A DNA stretch of 64,000 nt from Candidatus Hydrogenedentota bacterium (GTDB taxonomy: Bacteria > Hydrogenedentota > Hydrogenedentia > Hydrogenedentales > SLHB01): positions 1,408,001 to 1,472,000 of the forward strand of contig CAXXTH010000017.1 of assembly GCA_963668025.2 (NCBI GenBank), read 5' to 3'. The notes beneath the pieces were generated by a model that was not told the DNA's origin, did no database searches, and worked only from the letters and a program-made list of their open reading frames with translations. Both the position numbers and the translations under genes were made by a program. Shown piece by piece: positions 17,473-27,890 of this stretch (its first letter is position 1; each line of letters starts with the position of its first letter).

Positions 17473-18756
17473 ATGGAGCTTATAGGCGGACAATCAATTC
17501 TACGGGGCGATGTGGCCATTCCCGGTTCCAAATCCCACACCATACGCGCGGTGGCCATCGCCGCGCTGGCGGAGGGTGAAAGCCGCATTCAGCGCCCATT
17601 GCAGTCCGATGACGCCCAAGCCGCCGTGCGCGCCTACAGCGCGCTGGGGGCTGAGATGCACATACAAGAGAATGAATGGCGCGTGCAAGGAACAGGCGGC
17701 AGGCTCCAAGCCCCGGATAATGTCATTGATGTGGGAAATTCCGGCACCACCATGCGCATGGCCATGGGCTCGAGTGCGCTGCTTGAGCAGGGCATGGCGG
17801 TGCTTACCGGCGACGAGCAGGTGCGGCGGCGTCCGTGCGGCCCGCTTGCGGCGTCACTCAACGACTTAGGCGCGCGTGTGCGCACCACACGCGGCGGCGG
17901 AGTGCCTCCCTTTGTCATTGAAGGGCGCTTGCGGGGCGGCGAAACCGTTATCGAGGCAGTGACGAGCCAATATCTATCGAGTTTGTTGTTGAATGCCCCG
18001 CTTGCGGACCACGACAGCACCATTCATGTGAGCCTGCTGAATGAACGGCCCTATGTGGAGATGACCCTGGACTGGCTCCACCGCCAAGGCGTGCATATCG
18101 AGCGTGACGGCTGGACCAAATTCCATGTGCGGGGCGGGCAATCCTACGAGCCGGTGCGCCGGGCCATTCCCGCGGATTTCTCGTCGGCCACGTTTTTCCT
18201 CGCGGCGGGGGCGCTGCCGGGAAATGAGGTGTCGGTTCATGGGCTGGACATGGACGATGTGCAGGGCGACAAAGCCGTCGTGGAGTATCTGTGCGCCATG
18301 GGCGCGTCCATTGAAATCACGCCAAGCCCCGTGGGCGGGCATGTATTGCGTGTCCAAGGCGGCTGCCTGGAAGGCTGTGAGCTGGATCTCAATGCGACGC
18401 CGGATGCGCTGCCGATGATGGCGGTGCTGGCGTGTTTCGCACGGGGGGAAACACGGCTGCTCAACGTGCCGCAAGCGCGGCTCAAGGAGACGGACCGCAT
18501 CGCCGTGATGCGCCAAGAACTCGAACGCATGGGCGCGCGTGTCCAAGAATTGCCCGACGGGTTGGTGATCGAGGAAAGCGCCCTTCACGCCGCCAGGGTC
18601 GAGGGCCATGGGGATCACCGTGTCGTCATGGCGCTGGCTGTTGGGGCCATGGCCATACCGGGCGAGACCATTATCCACGGCGCGGAAGCGGTGTCGGTTA
18701 CGTATCCGGAATTTGTGAAGACGCTGGCGTCATTGGGCGCTCACGTTCAAATGTAA
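17473..18756 (+). CDS. aroA: 3-phosphoshikimate 1-carboxyvinyltransferase
   Basis: Motifs PGSKS, DVGNSGTTMR, SQYLSSLL, RLKETDRI and DHRVVMA. Confidence 0.95.
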   Translation: MELIGGQSILRGDVAIPGSKSHTIRAVAIAALAEGESRIQRPLQSDDAQAAVRAYSALGAEMHIQENEWRVQGTGGRLQAPDNVIDVGNSGTTMRMAMGSSALLEQGMAVLTGDEQVRRRPCGPLAASLNDLGARVRTTRGGGVPPFVIEGRLRGGETVIEAVTSQYLSSLLLNAPLADHDSTIHVSLLNERPYVEMTLDWLHRQGVHIERDGWTKFHVRGGQSYEPVRRAIPADFSSATFFLAAGALPGNEVSVHGLDMDDVQGDKAVVEYLCAMGASIEITPSPVGGHVLRVQGGCLEGCELDLNATPDALPMMAVLACFARGETRLLNVPQARLKETDRIAVMRQELERMGARVQELPDGLVIEESALHAARVEGHGDHRVVMALAVGAMAIPGETIIHGAEAVSVTYPEFVKTLASLGAHVQM

Positions 18757-18799
18757 ACGCAATTCTAGTGTGTTAATTCGACCTGATGGCAACTTGCCC

Positions 18800-19145
18800 T
18801 GATCTGAGAAACGCGTTTACGTTCACGCACCGCCTCTTTGACCTGCGTATAGCCCCCCGTGTATCCCTCCTCACGAAGGCGCTCGAAAATGCGTTTAGCT
18901 GTGTGGCGTTGCTTCTTCGGCCGTTCTTTATCCGACTGTAGAATGGCCAATATAAACTCCAGATACGGGCCTATCTTGGGTTGCGGACGCTCCGGACACT
19001 GGAACTCCGGCGGGGTAGAATGCTCAAGAATCTTCTTAACCGTCTCGAAATGCAGCTCCGTTTCCCGCTGAATCTGCCGGATACTCACACCTTCGCGAAG
19101 CACCCGCTGACGAATCTCACACCACTTTTCCATATCCCGATACAC
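18800..19145 (-). pseudogene. istA: Truncated IS21-family transposase IstA (N-terminal HTH part only)
   Basis: Motifs GVSIRQIQRETELHFETVKK and KKQRHTAKRIFERLREEGYTGGYTQV. Ends before the DDE domain. Confidence 0.85.
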
Positions 19146-19209
19146 TCCTTAGTCCCTCCCAGAAAAACCAAGGCCCAATGCCTCGGACTCCAAGGAGTCT
19201 ACCAAGGGT

Positions 19210-19263
19210 GCTTCATTTCTCCACCGCCCCATCCCCCACTACACTTCTCGACCGGCGTTTACA
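19210..19263 (-). mobile_element. IS21-family left end
   Basis: TGTAAACGCC terminus followed by the repeated sub-terminal motifs GGTCGAGAAGTG / GGTGGAGAAATG upstream of istA. Confidence 0.65.
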
Positions 19264-19414
19264 GCGCTTCCTTGACTCAAGACAATGTGCCACTTTCTGT
19301 GTCATTTTTTGGTAGACATGGACCTCTTTGTTGATGCGGAAGCGTCAATTCATATGGGAGTTTCCGAACGGTTCGCGCATCAGCGGCGTCAGTCCGCTGT
19401 ATGCGCTGGCTAGG

Positions 19415-20593
19415 TCAATCCTTTTGGTACTCAAGCACTTGTTTTCCCACGCCGACCAGCAGAAGTTCACTGTCGGTACGCTGAGGGTGAGGGATTACCG
19501 CGAGCGTTTTTACCCGTCCAGTGAATACTTCCTCGTGCACTATCTTTCCATCTTCGGTAAAAATATACAGATAGCCATTTTCGTAAGCGTAAGCAACTTG
19601 GTTCGCGGCGGCGTAATAGAGGATCCCGCCAAACCTCACCGGTTGAACGGCCACGGTGTAGCCCTTTCCTCGCGGCAGCCGCAGCCTGGAAACTTCGTTC
19701 CCAAGCGTGTCGAACAGACGGAGAGAGCGACCTTTGGTGCCGACAATAAGGGCACCATCGGGGTGCTGTCTCCACAGCAATTGGTCAAGATGCCCGGCAC
19801 GAAATCGGAATCGGCGAATCAGTGTGCCTTCACTGTCACGAATGACGATATGCTGACCATCAATGTGCACAACCTCGGGTTTGCCATCGGCATCCAGGTC
19901 TAAAACCTCTACGCAAAACACATTGCCGGCTTCGTGCCACCACTTGATGGAGCGGTCCTTATTTAGTGCGTAAACTCCCCCGTCGCCATTCATTCCTACC
20001 ACGAAATCTAGGATTCCGTCGCCGTCCAAATCCCCCGCCGCCATTTGGTCGGCGGCGTTCTGGCCTTCGTCTGGAAAGCTCCAAAACGATCGTCCCTCGG
20101 AGGAAATGAGTTGTACGGCAGACCAGCCTCCACCGCGGTCCATGAACTCGAACACATCATCGCCATCGAGATCGACAGGAACTGTCGTTGCGAGTCTGGT
20201 GCCGATGAATGGCACAACGGTTTTCTGTGTGTAATTGTGGGTGAGGAATGCGGCTCCCTGGCTTCCTCCGACCGCAAGGATTGGAACTCCCTGCAGGAAT
20301 ATCCTGGTGATAGCATTGACATTTCCCAACGATGGATTAGAGTACACTACCCGGCGTTTAATGCCTGGCTCCGTATAGCTGATGCCCGGCTCCTTCGCGA
20401 CCTGGCTAATGCAACCGGTCATAAAACAAAGAAGCAAGGCCGTTAGTGAAGCCGCTTTCCTGCGGGACCTCTTCATGGCACTCGACTTACTCATCATGAT
20501 GGCTGGCCAATTGCAATACAGCCTCGTCCTCATTGACAAGAACCGAAGCGTACCCGCTATATCGATAATCATTATATTTGACCCCTCCCTCAT
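19415..20593 (-). CDS. Cargo lipoprotein with FG-GAP/VCBS-type repeats (likely start near 20476)
   Basis: Lipobox FMTGC and Ca-binding repeats DLDGDD, DLDGDG and DLDADGKPE. Confidence 0.7.
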   Translation of the reverse strand: MREGSNIMIIDIAGTLRFLSMRTRLYCNWPAIMMSKSSAMKRSRRKAASLTALLLCFMTGCISQVAKEPGISYTEPGIKRRVVYSNPSLGNVNAITRIFLQGVPILAVGGSQGAAFLTHNYTQKTVVPFIGTRLATTVPVDLDGDDVFEFMDRGGGWSAVQLISSEGRSFWSFPDEGQNAADQMAAGDLDGDGILDFVVGMNGDGGVYALNKDRSIKWWHEAGNVFCVEVLDLDADGKPEVVHIDGQHIVIRDSEGTLIRRFRFRAGHLDQLLWRQHPDGALIVGTKGRSLRLFDTLGNEVSRLRLPRGKGYTVAVQPVRFGGILYYAAANQVAYAYENGYLYIFTEDGKIVHEEVFTGRVKTLAVIPHPQRTDSELLLVGVGKQVLEYQKD

Positions 20594-20734
20594 GGACTTG
20601 CTCTCGGCAACTTCGCCCCAGACCTATGAGCCTCCCCCCATCTTTCGACAGGATCGGGTGATGATTAAGGTGTGCTATTTCAGATGAATTAGGTTTGTTA
20701 AGCAGTGGTAGTTTACGGAGCGTTTGCGCGTCGT

Positions 20735-21320
20735 TCAACTAAGTGACGGGACTGTGTTATGGTGGTTGCGGCCTGAGGCGGAGGATAGGGCGACGCCGGG
20801 GCCGATATCTTGCTGCTGGCCGCGCGTGGGAAGCACGAATCCACGTTCCTTGAGCATCTTGATGTCGCGGCGGATCGTGCGCGGGTCGCACATCAGGATT
20901 TCCGACAAGTCCTCCTGCGTCAACAGCCCGCCCTGCTCCCGGGCTTCGTCCACCATCCGGACAATCCGGCGTTGGCGCACCTCGGCGCTCATGCCGCCTG
21001 CATCCCCGAAGCCCATGAGCCCCTGTTTATCCTCGGCGTGCAACAGCGTCAGGGTTACGGAGACCTTCTGGCATTCCGAAAGCGGCTTGCCCGGCCCCTC
21101 GTCGCTCCGCACGCAATTATACCGCATCTGGCCGTCGCGCGCCGGGGCCAGTTCCGGGTCCGAGAAATACACCTCCTCGATGCTGCTGACCAGCGCTTCC
21201 GCTTCCCATTTCGATAATCCCGCGCCCACCATCGCCTCGGTGAGCATGCGGGCGCTTTGCCGTTTCATCGCCATCCGTTGGGATTGCGCTTCCCGGCTGC
21301 TCGTGCTACGCTTATCCATG
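20735..21320 (-). pseudogene. C-terminally truncated DUF1670-like protein (transposase-associated)
   Basis: EAREQGGLLTQEDLSEIL..RTIRRDI..L...G..LPTRG...DIGPG motif, then an abrupt non-homologous tail. Confidence 0.7.
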
Positions 21321-21488
21321 GCATTGCCTCCTGTGGGTTGAGCACTACGGAACACAATGCCACGGCGGGTCTCCTAGATGGAAACCCGCCTCTTCTCTCC
21401 TTCAACGGACATTTGCCCGAAACGTAGGATAAGTTGCTTTAATGATGATTCACTACACTAGCGCATCAACGAGGCTGGCCGTTAGTGG

Positions 21489-22649
21489 TCAGCCTCCGCC
21501 GATGGACTTCTTGAGGCGTTCGATGAAGCGTTTGTGCAGAGGATAGGTCTGCTCGGAGCTGAGTTCTTGGAACTTCTCGATGAGTTCCCGCTGTTCTTTG
21601 CCCAGCTTCGAGGGCGTTTCGACGCTAACCCGCACAATTTGGTCGCCTTTGTGGTATCCGTGGATATCCGGCATGCCCATGCCTCGAAGGCGGAAGGGCG
21701 TGCCGGGCTGTGTGCCAGGCGGAATTCTAAGTTCGGCTTCGCCGGACAGCGTGGGGACGCGGATTTTATCGCCCAAAATGGCTTGCGGGAAACTGATCGG
21801 TATTTCGCAGATCACATCATTGCCATCGCGCGTGAATATTTCATCCTCTTCCACTTCCACGAGGACATAGAGGTCGCCGCGCGGCCCATTGCCTTCTCCG
21901 GCCTCGCCTTCGCCCTGATAACGGACGCGCTGGCCAGAGCTGATGCCGGCGGGCAGATCGACTTTTATTTTCCGGTCTAGTGCAATGCGCCCCGCGCCCG
22001 AACAGGCTTTACAGGGATCGAGAATGATGCGGCCTTGGCCCTTGCAGCGCGGGCAGGTCTGGGTAATGCTGAAAAAACCTTGCGCGCGCCGGACCTGGCC
22101 CGTGCCCTGGCAATCCGCACATGTCGCGGGCTGGCTGCCTTTCGCGGCCCCCGTGCCGTTACAATCGCCGCATTGCTCGTAGCGTTTGAATTGGATGGTG
22201 CGCTTCGCGCCCGTGGCGGCTTCGCGCAAGCTGATGGACAAGCGGTATTCCAGGTCGCTTCCCGGACGGGAGCCGCGCCTGCGCCCGGTGCGCTGGCCGC
22301 CGCTTGCCCCGCTACGCCCGAACAACACATCGAAGAAATCGTCAAAGGGCGCATCGAAGCCCCCTTGGCCGCCCGCGCTGAATCCGCCGAATCCGCCGCC
22401 GAATCCGCCGCCGCCCATGCCGCCCATGCCTTCTGTACCGCCATAGGCATCGTATTGCTGGCGTTTCTGGGGATTTTTCAGCGTGTCATAAGCCGCATTG
22501 ATCTCCTTAAGCTTCTCCTCCGCCGCCTTATCGCCACCGGTTTTATCGGGGTGGTATTTATGGGCGAGCTTGAGGTAAGCCTTCCGAACATCATCTTGCG
22601 AGGCGCTTTTATCTACGCCGAGAATGTCATAATAATCACGTTTGGCCAT
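21489..22649 (-). CDS. dnaJ: Chaperone DnaJ
   Basis: J domain with HPD, G/F-rich linker and four CxxCxGxG repeats. Confidence 0.97.
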   Translation of the reverse strand: MAKRDYYDILGVDKSASQDDVRKAYLKLAHKYHPDKTGGDKAAEEKLKEINAAYDTLKNPQKRQQYDAYGGTEGMGGMGGGGFGGGFGGFSAGGQGGFDAPFDDFFDVLFGRSGASGGQRTGRRRGSRPGSDLEYRLSISLREAATGAKRTIQFKRYEQCGDCNGTGAAKGSQPATCADCQGTGQVRRAQGFFSITQTCPRCKGQGRIILDPCKACSGAGRIALDRKIKVDLPAGISSGQRVRYQGEGEAGEGNGPRGDLYVLVEVEEDEIFTRDGNDVICEIPISFPQAILGDKIRVPTLSGEAELRIPPGTQPGTPFRLRGMGMPDIHGYHKGDQIVRVSVETPSKLGKEQRELIEKFQELSSEQTYPLHKRFIERLKKSIGGG

Positions 22650-22663
22650 ATTGCTCGATGGTA

Positions 22664-22699
22664 TGCAAGGCGCGCGTCCTCGAGGACGCGCGCCTTGCA
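22664..22699. repeat. Perfect 36-bp palindrome between dnaK and dnaJ
   Basis: TGCAAGGCGCGCGTCCTC|GAGGACGCGCGCCTTGCA. Confidence 0.85.
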
Positions 22700-22746
22700 G
22701 CCTTTCCTATTCAGCGAATGCTTCACGCCGCAAGGCGTTTGCCTCG

Positions 22747-24681
22747 CTATTTCTTTTCCTTGTCATCGTCGTCCACGACAGTGAAATCAGCATCCACCGT
22801 ATCGCCGCTCTTCATGCCGGGCTCTTCCGCTGGGCCGCCCGCCGCCGCGCCGCCGCTTGCCGGGTTTTGGCCTTGCGCTTCGCTTGCCGCGCGATACAGG
22901 GCCTCGGCGAGTTTGTGGGCAGATTGCGTCAAATGCTCCGTGGCACGTTCGATGGCGGCTGTATCGCTGCCTTCGAGCGCCTTGCGAAGCTCCGCCATGG
23001 CCGATTCAATGGCCGACTTATCTTCCGAGCTGATTTTATCGCCATTTTCTTTAAGGGTTTTCTCGGTGCCATACAGCAGCGAATCCGCATTATTGCGCAC
23101 CTCGATGGATTTTTTCTTATCCGCATCATCTTTGGCGTGGGATTCGCCTTCGTTCACCATGCGTTTGATCTCGTCTTCGTTCAAACCGCTGGAGGATTCG
23201 ATGCGGATTTTCTGTTCTTTGCCCGTGGCGAGGTCTTTCGCCGCCACATGCAGGATGCCGTCCGCGTCGATGTCGAAAGCGACTTCGATTTGCGGGATGC
23301 CGCGCGGCGCGGGTGGAATGCCCAACAGGTCGAAGCGCCCCAGCGTGCGGTTATCAGCGGCCAGTTCGCGTTCGCCCTGCAACACATGGATGGTCACGGC
23401 GGTCTGGCTGTCGGCGGCGGTCGAGAAGATCTGCCGCTTCGTCACGGGGATGGTGGTGTTGCGCTCGATTAGCTTCGTGCAAATGCCGCCTAATGTCTCG
23501 ATGCCCAGCGACAGCGGCGTCACGTCGAGCAGCAATACTTCCTTCACTTCGCCCGCGAGGACGCCCGCCTGGATGGCGGCTCCTATGGCCACCACTTCAT
23601 CCGGATTCACACCACGATGGGGCTCTTTTCCGAAAATGCTTTTTACAATAGCGCCCACGGCGGGCATGCGGGTCATGCCGCCCACGAGGATGACTTCATC
23701 GATATCCGATGCGCGCAGGCCCGCGTCTTCAATGGCGCGGAAGCAGGGATTCTTCGTGCGCTGCAGCAGTTCATCGCACAATTGTTCGAGTTTCGCGCGC
23801 GTCATTGTGTAGTTGAGGTGTTTTGGCCCCGCCGCGTCCGCCGTGATGAACGGCAGGTTTACATCGGTCTGCATGGTGGACGACAATTCGCACTTGGCTT
23901 TTTCACCGGCCTCTTTGAGGCGCTGGAGGGCCATCGGGTCTTTGCGCAGATCGATGCCTTGGTCCTTCAGGAATTCATCGGCCAGCCAATCGATGATGCG
24001 TTGATCGAAGTCATCGCCGCCCAAATGGGTGTCGCCGTTGGTGCTCATGACTTCGAAGCTGCCATCGCCGATAGCGAGAACGGAGACATCGAATGTGCCG
24101 CCGCCCAAGTCGTAGACGGCCACTTTTTCATTCTTTTTCTTGTCAAGGCCATAGGCCAATGCGGCCGCAGTGGGCTCGTTGATGATGCGGAGCACTTCAA
24201 GGCCCGCGATGCGGCCCGCGTCTTTAGTGGCCTGGCGCTGGGAGTCGTTAAAGTATGCCGGCACCGTGATAACCGCCTGGGTGACCGTTTCTCCCAGGTA
24301 GGTCTCCGCCGTTTCCTTCATTTTCCGCAGGATCATGGCCGAGATCTCGGGGGGCCTATGGGTTTTCCCTTGCACTTCGACTTGGCAGTCGCCCGATGAG
24401 GCGGAACTCACCGTGTAGGGAACCAGTTTTTCCTCGGTGGATACTTCACCGTGGCGGCGTCCCATGAATCGCTTGATGGAAAACACCGTGTTTTTGGGGT
24501 TGGTGATGGCCTGGCGTTTGGCCACCGCGCCTACCAGGCGCTCCCCATCTTTTGTAAACGCCACGACCGATGGCGTTGTGCGGTTGCCTTCCGCGTTCGC
24601 GATCACCGTGGGCTCGCCGCCCTCCATGACCGCCACGCAGGAGTTAGTCGTTCCCAGGTCGATGCCAATCACTTTACCCAT
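22747..24681 (-). CDS. dnaK: Chaperone DnaK (Hsp70)
   Basis: Motifs [17 protein letters not shown] and [15 protein letters not shown]. Confidence 0.98.
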   Translation of the reverse strand: MGKVIGIDLGTTNSCVAVMEGGEPTVIANAEGNRTTPSVVAFTKDGERLVGAVAKRQAITNPKNTVFSIKRFMGRRHGEVSTEEKLVPYTVSSASSGDCQVEVQGKTHRPPEISAMILRKMKETAETYLGETVTQAVITVPAYFNDSQRQATKDAGRIAGLEVLRIINEPTAAALAYGLDKKKNEKVAVYDLGGGTFDVSVLAIGDGSFEVMSTNGDTHLGGDDFDQRIIDWLADEFLKDQGIDLRKDPMALQRLKEAGEKAKCELSSTMQTDVNLPFITADAAGPKHLNYTMTRAKLEQLCDELLQRTKNPCFRAIEDAGLRASDIDEVILVGGMTRMPAVGAIVKSIFGKEPHRGVNPDEVVAIGAAIQAGVLAGEVKEVLLLDVTPLSLGIETLGGICTKLIERNTTIPVTKRQIFSTAADSQTAVTIHVLQGERELAADNRTLGRFDLLGIPPAPRGIPQIEVAFDIDADGILHVAAKDLATGKEQKIRIESSSGLNEDEIKRMVNEGESHAKDDADKKKSIEVRNNADSLLYGTEKTLKENGDKISSEDKSAIESAMAELRKALEGSDTAAIERATEHLTQSAHKLAEALYRAASEAQGQNPASGGAAAGGPAEEPGMKSGDTVDADFTVVDDDDKEKK

Positions 24682-24748
24682 TGTCGTTTATCCTCCATGC
24701 ATATCATTTGCACTGATTTGAACGCTATCGCGTGCCGTAGGCGCTTTG

Positions 24749-25447
24749 TTAAGCGGGCGGCTCCGCGGAATCCGCTGGTGTGCTCTCCCCTTCGGGCTGA
24801 TCCGCAAAAGGGGCAAAATCGATGATGTTATCTTCTTTAGGTTCTGGCGCTTTAGCATCTGGGCCGCCTGTGCTCACGATGACTTTCGCGGGACGGAGCA
24901 CTTGCCCGCCCAAGGTGAATCCCTTTTGGAATTCTTCGACCACCGTATGCGCCGGTTTATCTGGCTCTTCGCGCTGCATCAGGGCTTCATGCACATGGGG
25001 ATCAAACGGCAGCCCCAGCGCGGGGATGATCTCGAGTCCATAACGCCCAAGGGTGTCATAGAATTGTTTCAATACCATGCCGACGCCTTCGGCCAGGCCG
25101 CCCGAGGAATCACCCGCGTGCTGCATGGCCAATTCCAGGTGGTCGGCCACGGGCAGCAATTCGCTGATAAGGCCCTCGGCAGCCATGCGCCGGATCCGTT
25201 CGACATCGCGCGCCGTACGCTTGCGGTAGTTGTCGAATTCCGCGCGCATGCGCAAGAGCTGATCTTTAAGCTGATCCCGTTCGGCAGTCAACGCCTCGAT
25301 GGTTTCACGGGCTGAAGCCGCTTGGGCATCAGATTCCGCCGGGGCGGGCTCTGCCTGCTTTTCGGTTTGGTCGGCGGCTTCCGCCGCCGCTTCCGCTTCC
25401 AGCCGTTTCTCTAGTTCGCTTTTTTCGATAGGAATTTTCTTGCTCAT
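24749..25447 (-). CDS. grpE: Nucleotide exchange factor GrpE
   Basis: Motifs RMRAEFDNYRKR, FDPHVHEA and VLRPAKV. Confidence 0.95.
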   Translation of the reverse strand: MSKKIPIEKSELEKRLEAEAAAEAADQTEKQAEPAPAESDAQAASARETIEALTAERDQLKDQLLRMRAEFDNYRKRTARDVERIRRMAAEGLISELLPVADHLELAMQHAGDSSGGLAEGVGMVLKQFYDTLGRYGLEIIPALGLPFDPHVHEALMQREEPDKPAHTVVEEFQKGFTLGGQVLRPAKVIVSTGGPDAKAPEPKEDNIIDFAPFADQPEGESTPADSAEPPA

Positions 25448-25492
25448 ATGCCGCAACTATTTCACTTTCTTCCCACCGCCAGTGTATGCGCC

Positions 25493-26542
25493 TTAGCGCG
25501 CTAACGCCGTTAGGAACCGGCTTAGCATGCTCGCGGTATATTCGACCAGCGCCGACAGGCGCGAATAGGGCATCCGGCGCGGACCTAATACGCCCAGCAT
25601 GCCCACCGGTTTCTCGTTTACATAATAGGGCGAAGCGACTACGCTGATCTCGCCCAAGCCTGAATCGGGCGAATCCGCCCCAATCACGACAAGCTGCCGG
25701 GGCGTGTCTCCGGAGAGGCCCTCCCGCAGCAACTGTATCAACCGTTGTTGCTCATCGAGCAGATGGAAGACTTCCCGCGCCTTCCCGACATCCTGGAATT
25801 CTGGCTGCTCGAATAGCTGTGTCGCGCCATTGAGGAATAACTGCCCCGTCCGTTGTAGCGGGAAGGGCTCCAAAACCTCAAGCGCCGTTCGCATGATATG
25901 TTTTTGCTGGTCAATGCGTCCGGAGAAACGCTGCTGCGCCTCCGCCCGAATGCTATCCACCGGCACATTGCATAATTGTTCATTAAGGAGCCGCCGCAGT
26001 TCCGGCAATCTGGCTTCCTCAATAGGCTCCGAAAGCGTCGTCACGAGTGTCTTCACCCGCCCGTAGCTATCCGCGACGAGCACGGCGATGCGTTCCGTGG
26101 ACAGGCGCATCAGCTCGATGTTGCGCACCAGCGCCCCGTTTTCCCGGGGCGCTTCCACTAGCCCTGCATGATGCGACACCAGTGCAAGCAACTGGCTTGT
26201 TTGGCGCATCACTTCGTCGGTATCGTTAAGGCGGTGCGAAAGCTCCGTCTCGATGCGCACCCGCTCCGAAGCGCTCAATTCCTGCACCCGCATCAAATAC
26301 GTGACGTAATACCGGTATCCTTTGTTCGTAGGGACGCGCCCGGAGCTCGTATGAAGCTGTTCAATAAAGCCCAGCTCTTCGAGATCCGCCATGACATTAC
26401 GCACGGACGCCGGACTCAAATCAAGGCCAAAACGTTTTACAATGGAACGGGAACCCACAGGTTCAGCCGTGGTGATGTAGGTATGCACCACCGCCTGAAG
26501 GATCAGTTGCTCCCGCTCATTCAACTCCCGTTCTGTTCGCAT
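25493..26542 (-). CDS. hrcA: Heat-inducible transcription repressor HrcA
   Basis: Motifs EPVGSRSI, SPASVRNVMADLE, HTSSGRVPT and GPRRMPY. Confidence 0.96.
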   Translation of the reverse strand: MRTERELNEREQLILQAVVHTYITTAEPVGSRSIVKRFGLDLSPASVRNVMADLEELGFIEQLHTSSGRVPTNKGYRYYVTYLMRVQELSASERVRIETELSHRLNDTDEVMRQTSQLLALVSHHAGLVEAPRENGALVRNIELMRLSTERIAVLVADSYGRVKTLVTTLSEPIEEARLPELRRLLNEQLCNVPVDSIRAEAQQRFSGRIDQQKHIMRTALEVLEPFPLQRTGQLFLNGATQLFEQPEFQDVGKAREVFHLLDEQQRLIQLLREGLSGDTPRQLVVIGADSPDSGLGEISVVASPYYVNEKPVGMLGVLGPRRMPYSRLSALVEYTASMLSRFLTALAR

Positions 26543-26555
26543 GATTATAAATCCC

Positions 26556-26582
26556 TTAGCACTCGATAATAAAGAGTGCTAA
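26556..26582. promoter_or_regulatory. CIRCE operator
   Basis: Perfect TTAGCACTC-N9-GAGTGCTAA directly upstream of hrcA. Confidence 0.97.
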
Positions 26583-26593
26583 CAAGCCACCGG

Positions 26594-26622
26594 AGTGTAC
26601 CATACCCCATTTCACCTGTCAA
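26594..26622 (-). promoter_or_regulatory. sigma70-type promoter of the hrcA operon
   Basis: TTGACA-17 nt-TACACT with an extended TGn. Confidence 0.8.
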
Positions 26623-26721
26623 GGCCCCCGCGCATAGGCCCATATGGATTCTATTTCATTTAACTCGATTTATTTCAATTACTTAGAATATATAGCCCGC
26701 AGCGTATTCCGCATGGATTTC

Positions 26722-26750
26722 TTGACACGCATCGCCAGAGTTGATAGCAT
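26722..26750 (+). promoter_or_regulatory. sigma70-type promoter, probably yielding a leaderless mRNA
   Basis: TTGACA-17 nt-TAGCAT with TGn. ATG 26757 lies 7 nt after the -10 box and has no SD. Confidence 0.65.
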
Positions 26751-26756
26751 GGCTTC

Positions 26757-27890
26757 ATGCGAATCGGTTTCGATATTAGTCCTATCACGGCATCGCGCAC
26801 CGGCGTGGGCAATTACTGTTATTACACGCTGAAGCATCTGCTGGAGCTGGCCCCAGAGGACGCCTTTTATGGATTCTCGTCGGGTTTGCGCCGAATTGTG
26901 CTGGATGAAATGGAGCACCGGCTTGCAAGCCATCACCATGTACAATTGCCTACCCGCGTGATGTATGCCATATGGTCGCTGCTATCGGCCCCCAAAGTGG
27001 ATCGCCTATTAGGGGGAGTCGATGTATATCACGCCACGAATTATTTCCTTCCGCCTGCGCAGGCGGCCCGTACGGTCGTATCGATTTACGACCTGGCTTT
27101 TCTCGTGAATCCGGCTTGGTGCAGCCCGAAAATTGTGGGGCCTTATTCGGCGGGCATGCGGCGCTTTGCCGCCAAGGCCGATGGAATCGTGGTGTGCTCG
27201 GAAGCGACGAAGCGGGATGTCGTGCATCTATTGGGGGTGGAGCCGGAAAAGATCGCCGTCATGTATGGCGGTGTGGATGAACGGTTTGCACCTGTTCCCC
27301 GGGAGCAAGCGGTTCCCCTTCTGGAACAGCGCTATGGCGTGCGGCCTCCTTTTCTTTTATTCGTCAGCACGCTTGAACCGCGAAAAAACGTGACGGGCCT
27401 CCTTCATGGTTTTTCCCGCATCGTGAAAGATATCCCGCATCAGCTTGTGCTTCTGGGCTCGGTGGGCTGGCGCGCGGAGCCTATTTTCCAGGCGATAGAT
27501 GAACTCGGTTTGGCAAACCGTGTGGTCCGCCCCGGTTTCGTGCCGCATGAAGAATTGCCGCTGTTTTATGGCGCGGCGGACGCTTTCGTGTTTCCGAGCC
27601 ACTATGAAGGATTCGGCCTGCCTGTTCTCGAAGCGATGACCTGCGCCTGCCCGGTGATCACCTCCACCACTTCCTCCCTGCCCGAAGTGATCGGCTCCGC
27701 GGGGCTTATGGTGGAGCCTTCCGACCCCGATGCGCTTGCGGAGGCTATCCTCGAAATCACGGGAGATAAGGCATTGCGGCAGGAACTGGGACGGCGCGGC
27801 GTAGAGCAAGCCAAACGGTTTTCTTGGAGCCGGTGTGCGCAAGTCGTGCTCGATATGTACCGCAGGCTGGCGGCATGCTCGTCCTCGTAG
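26757..27890 (+). CDS. Glycosyltransferase family 4 (MtfB/WbpY-like)
   Basis: Motifs TGVGNY, TLEPRKN and YEGFGLPVLEAM. Confidence 0.92.
   Translation: MRIGFDISPITASRTGVGNYCYYTLKHLLELAPEDAFYGFSSGLRRIVLDEMEHRLASHHHVQLPTRVMYAIWSLLSAPKVDRLLGGVDVYHATNYFLPPAQAARTVVSIYDLAFLVNPAWCSPKIVGPYSAGMRRFAAKADGIVVCSEATKRDVVHLLGVEPEKIAVMYGGVDERFAPVPREQAVPLLEQRYGVRPPFLLFVSTLEPRKNVTGLLHGFSRIVKDIPHQLVLLGSVGWRAEPIFQAIDELGLANRVVRPGFVPHEELPLFYGAADAFVFPSHYEGFGLPVLEAMTCACPVITSTTSSLPEVIGSAGLMVEPSDPDALAEAILEITGDKALRQELGRRGVEQAKRFSWSRCAQVVLDMYRRLAACSSS

Larger units (their letters stand above)
18765..21461. mobile_element. Composite, probably non-autonomous element bounded by CTAG-initiated imperfect inverted repeats, containing DUF1670 and IS21 remnants plus cargo
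   Basis: Left end CTAGTGTGTTAATTCGACCTGATGGCAACTTGCCCT versus the reverse complement of the right end CTAGTGTAGTGAATCATCATTAAAGCAACTTATCCT (24 of 36 identical, ungapped). Inserted between aroA and dnaJ. Confidence 0.6.

Noticed and set aside
18752-18760. TGTAAACGC as the IS21 right end
   Set aside because: Only 9 bp match, it overlaps the aroA stop codon, and there are no sub-terminal repeats or target duplication.
14952-24399. Long antisense ORFs opposite the E1, dnaJ and dnaK genes (also 57838-59253 opposite fba)
   Set aside because: Typical shadow ORFs of GC-rich, codon-biased genes, with no motifs.
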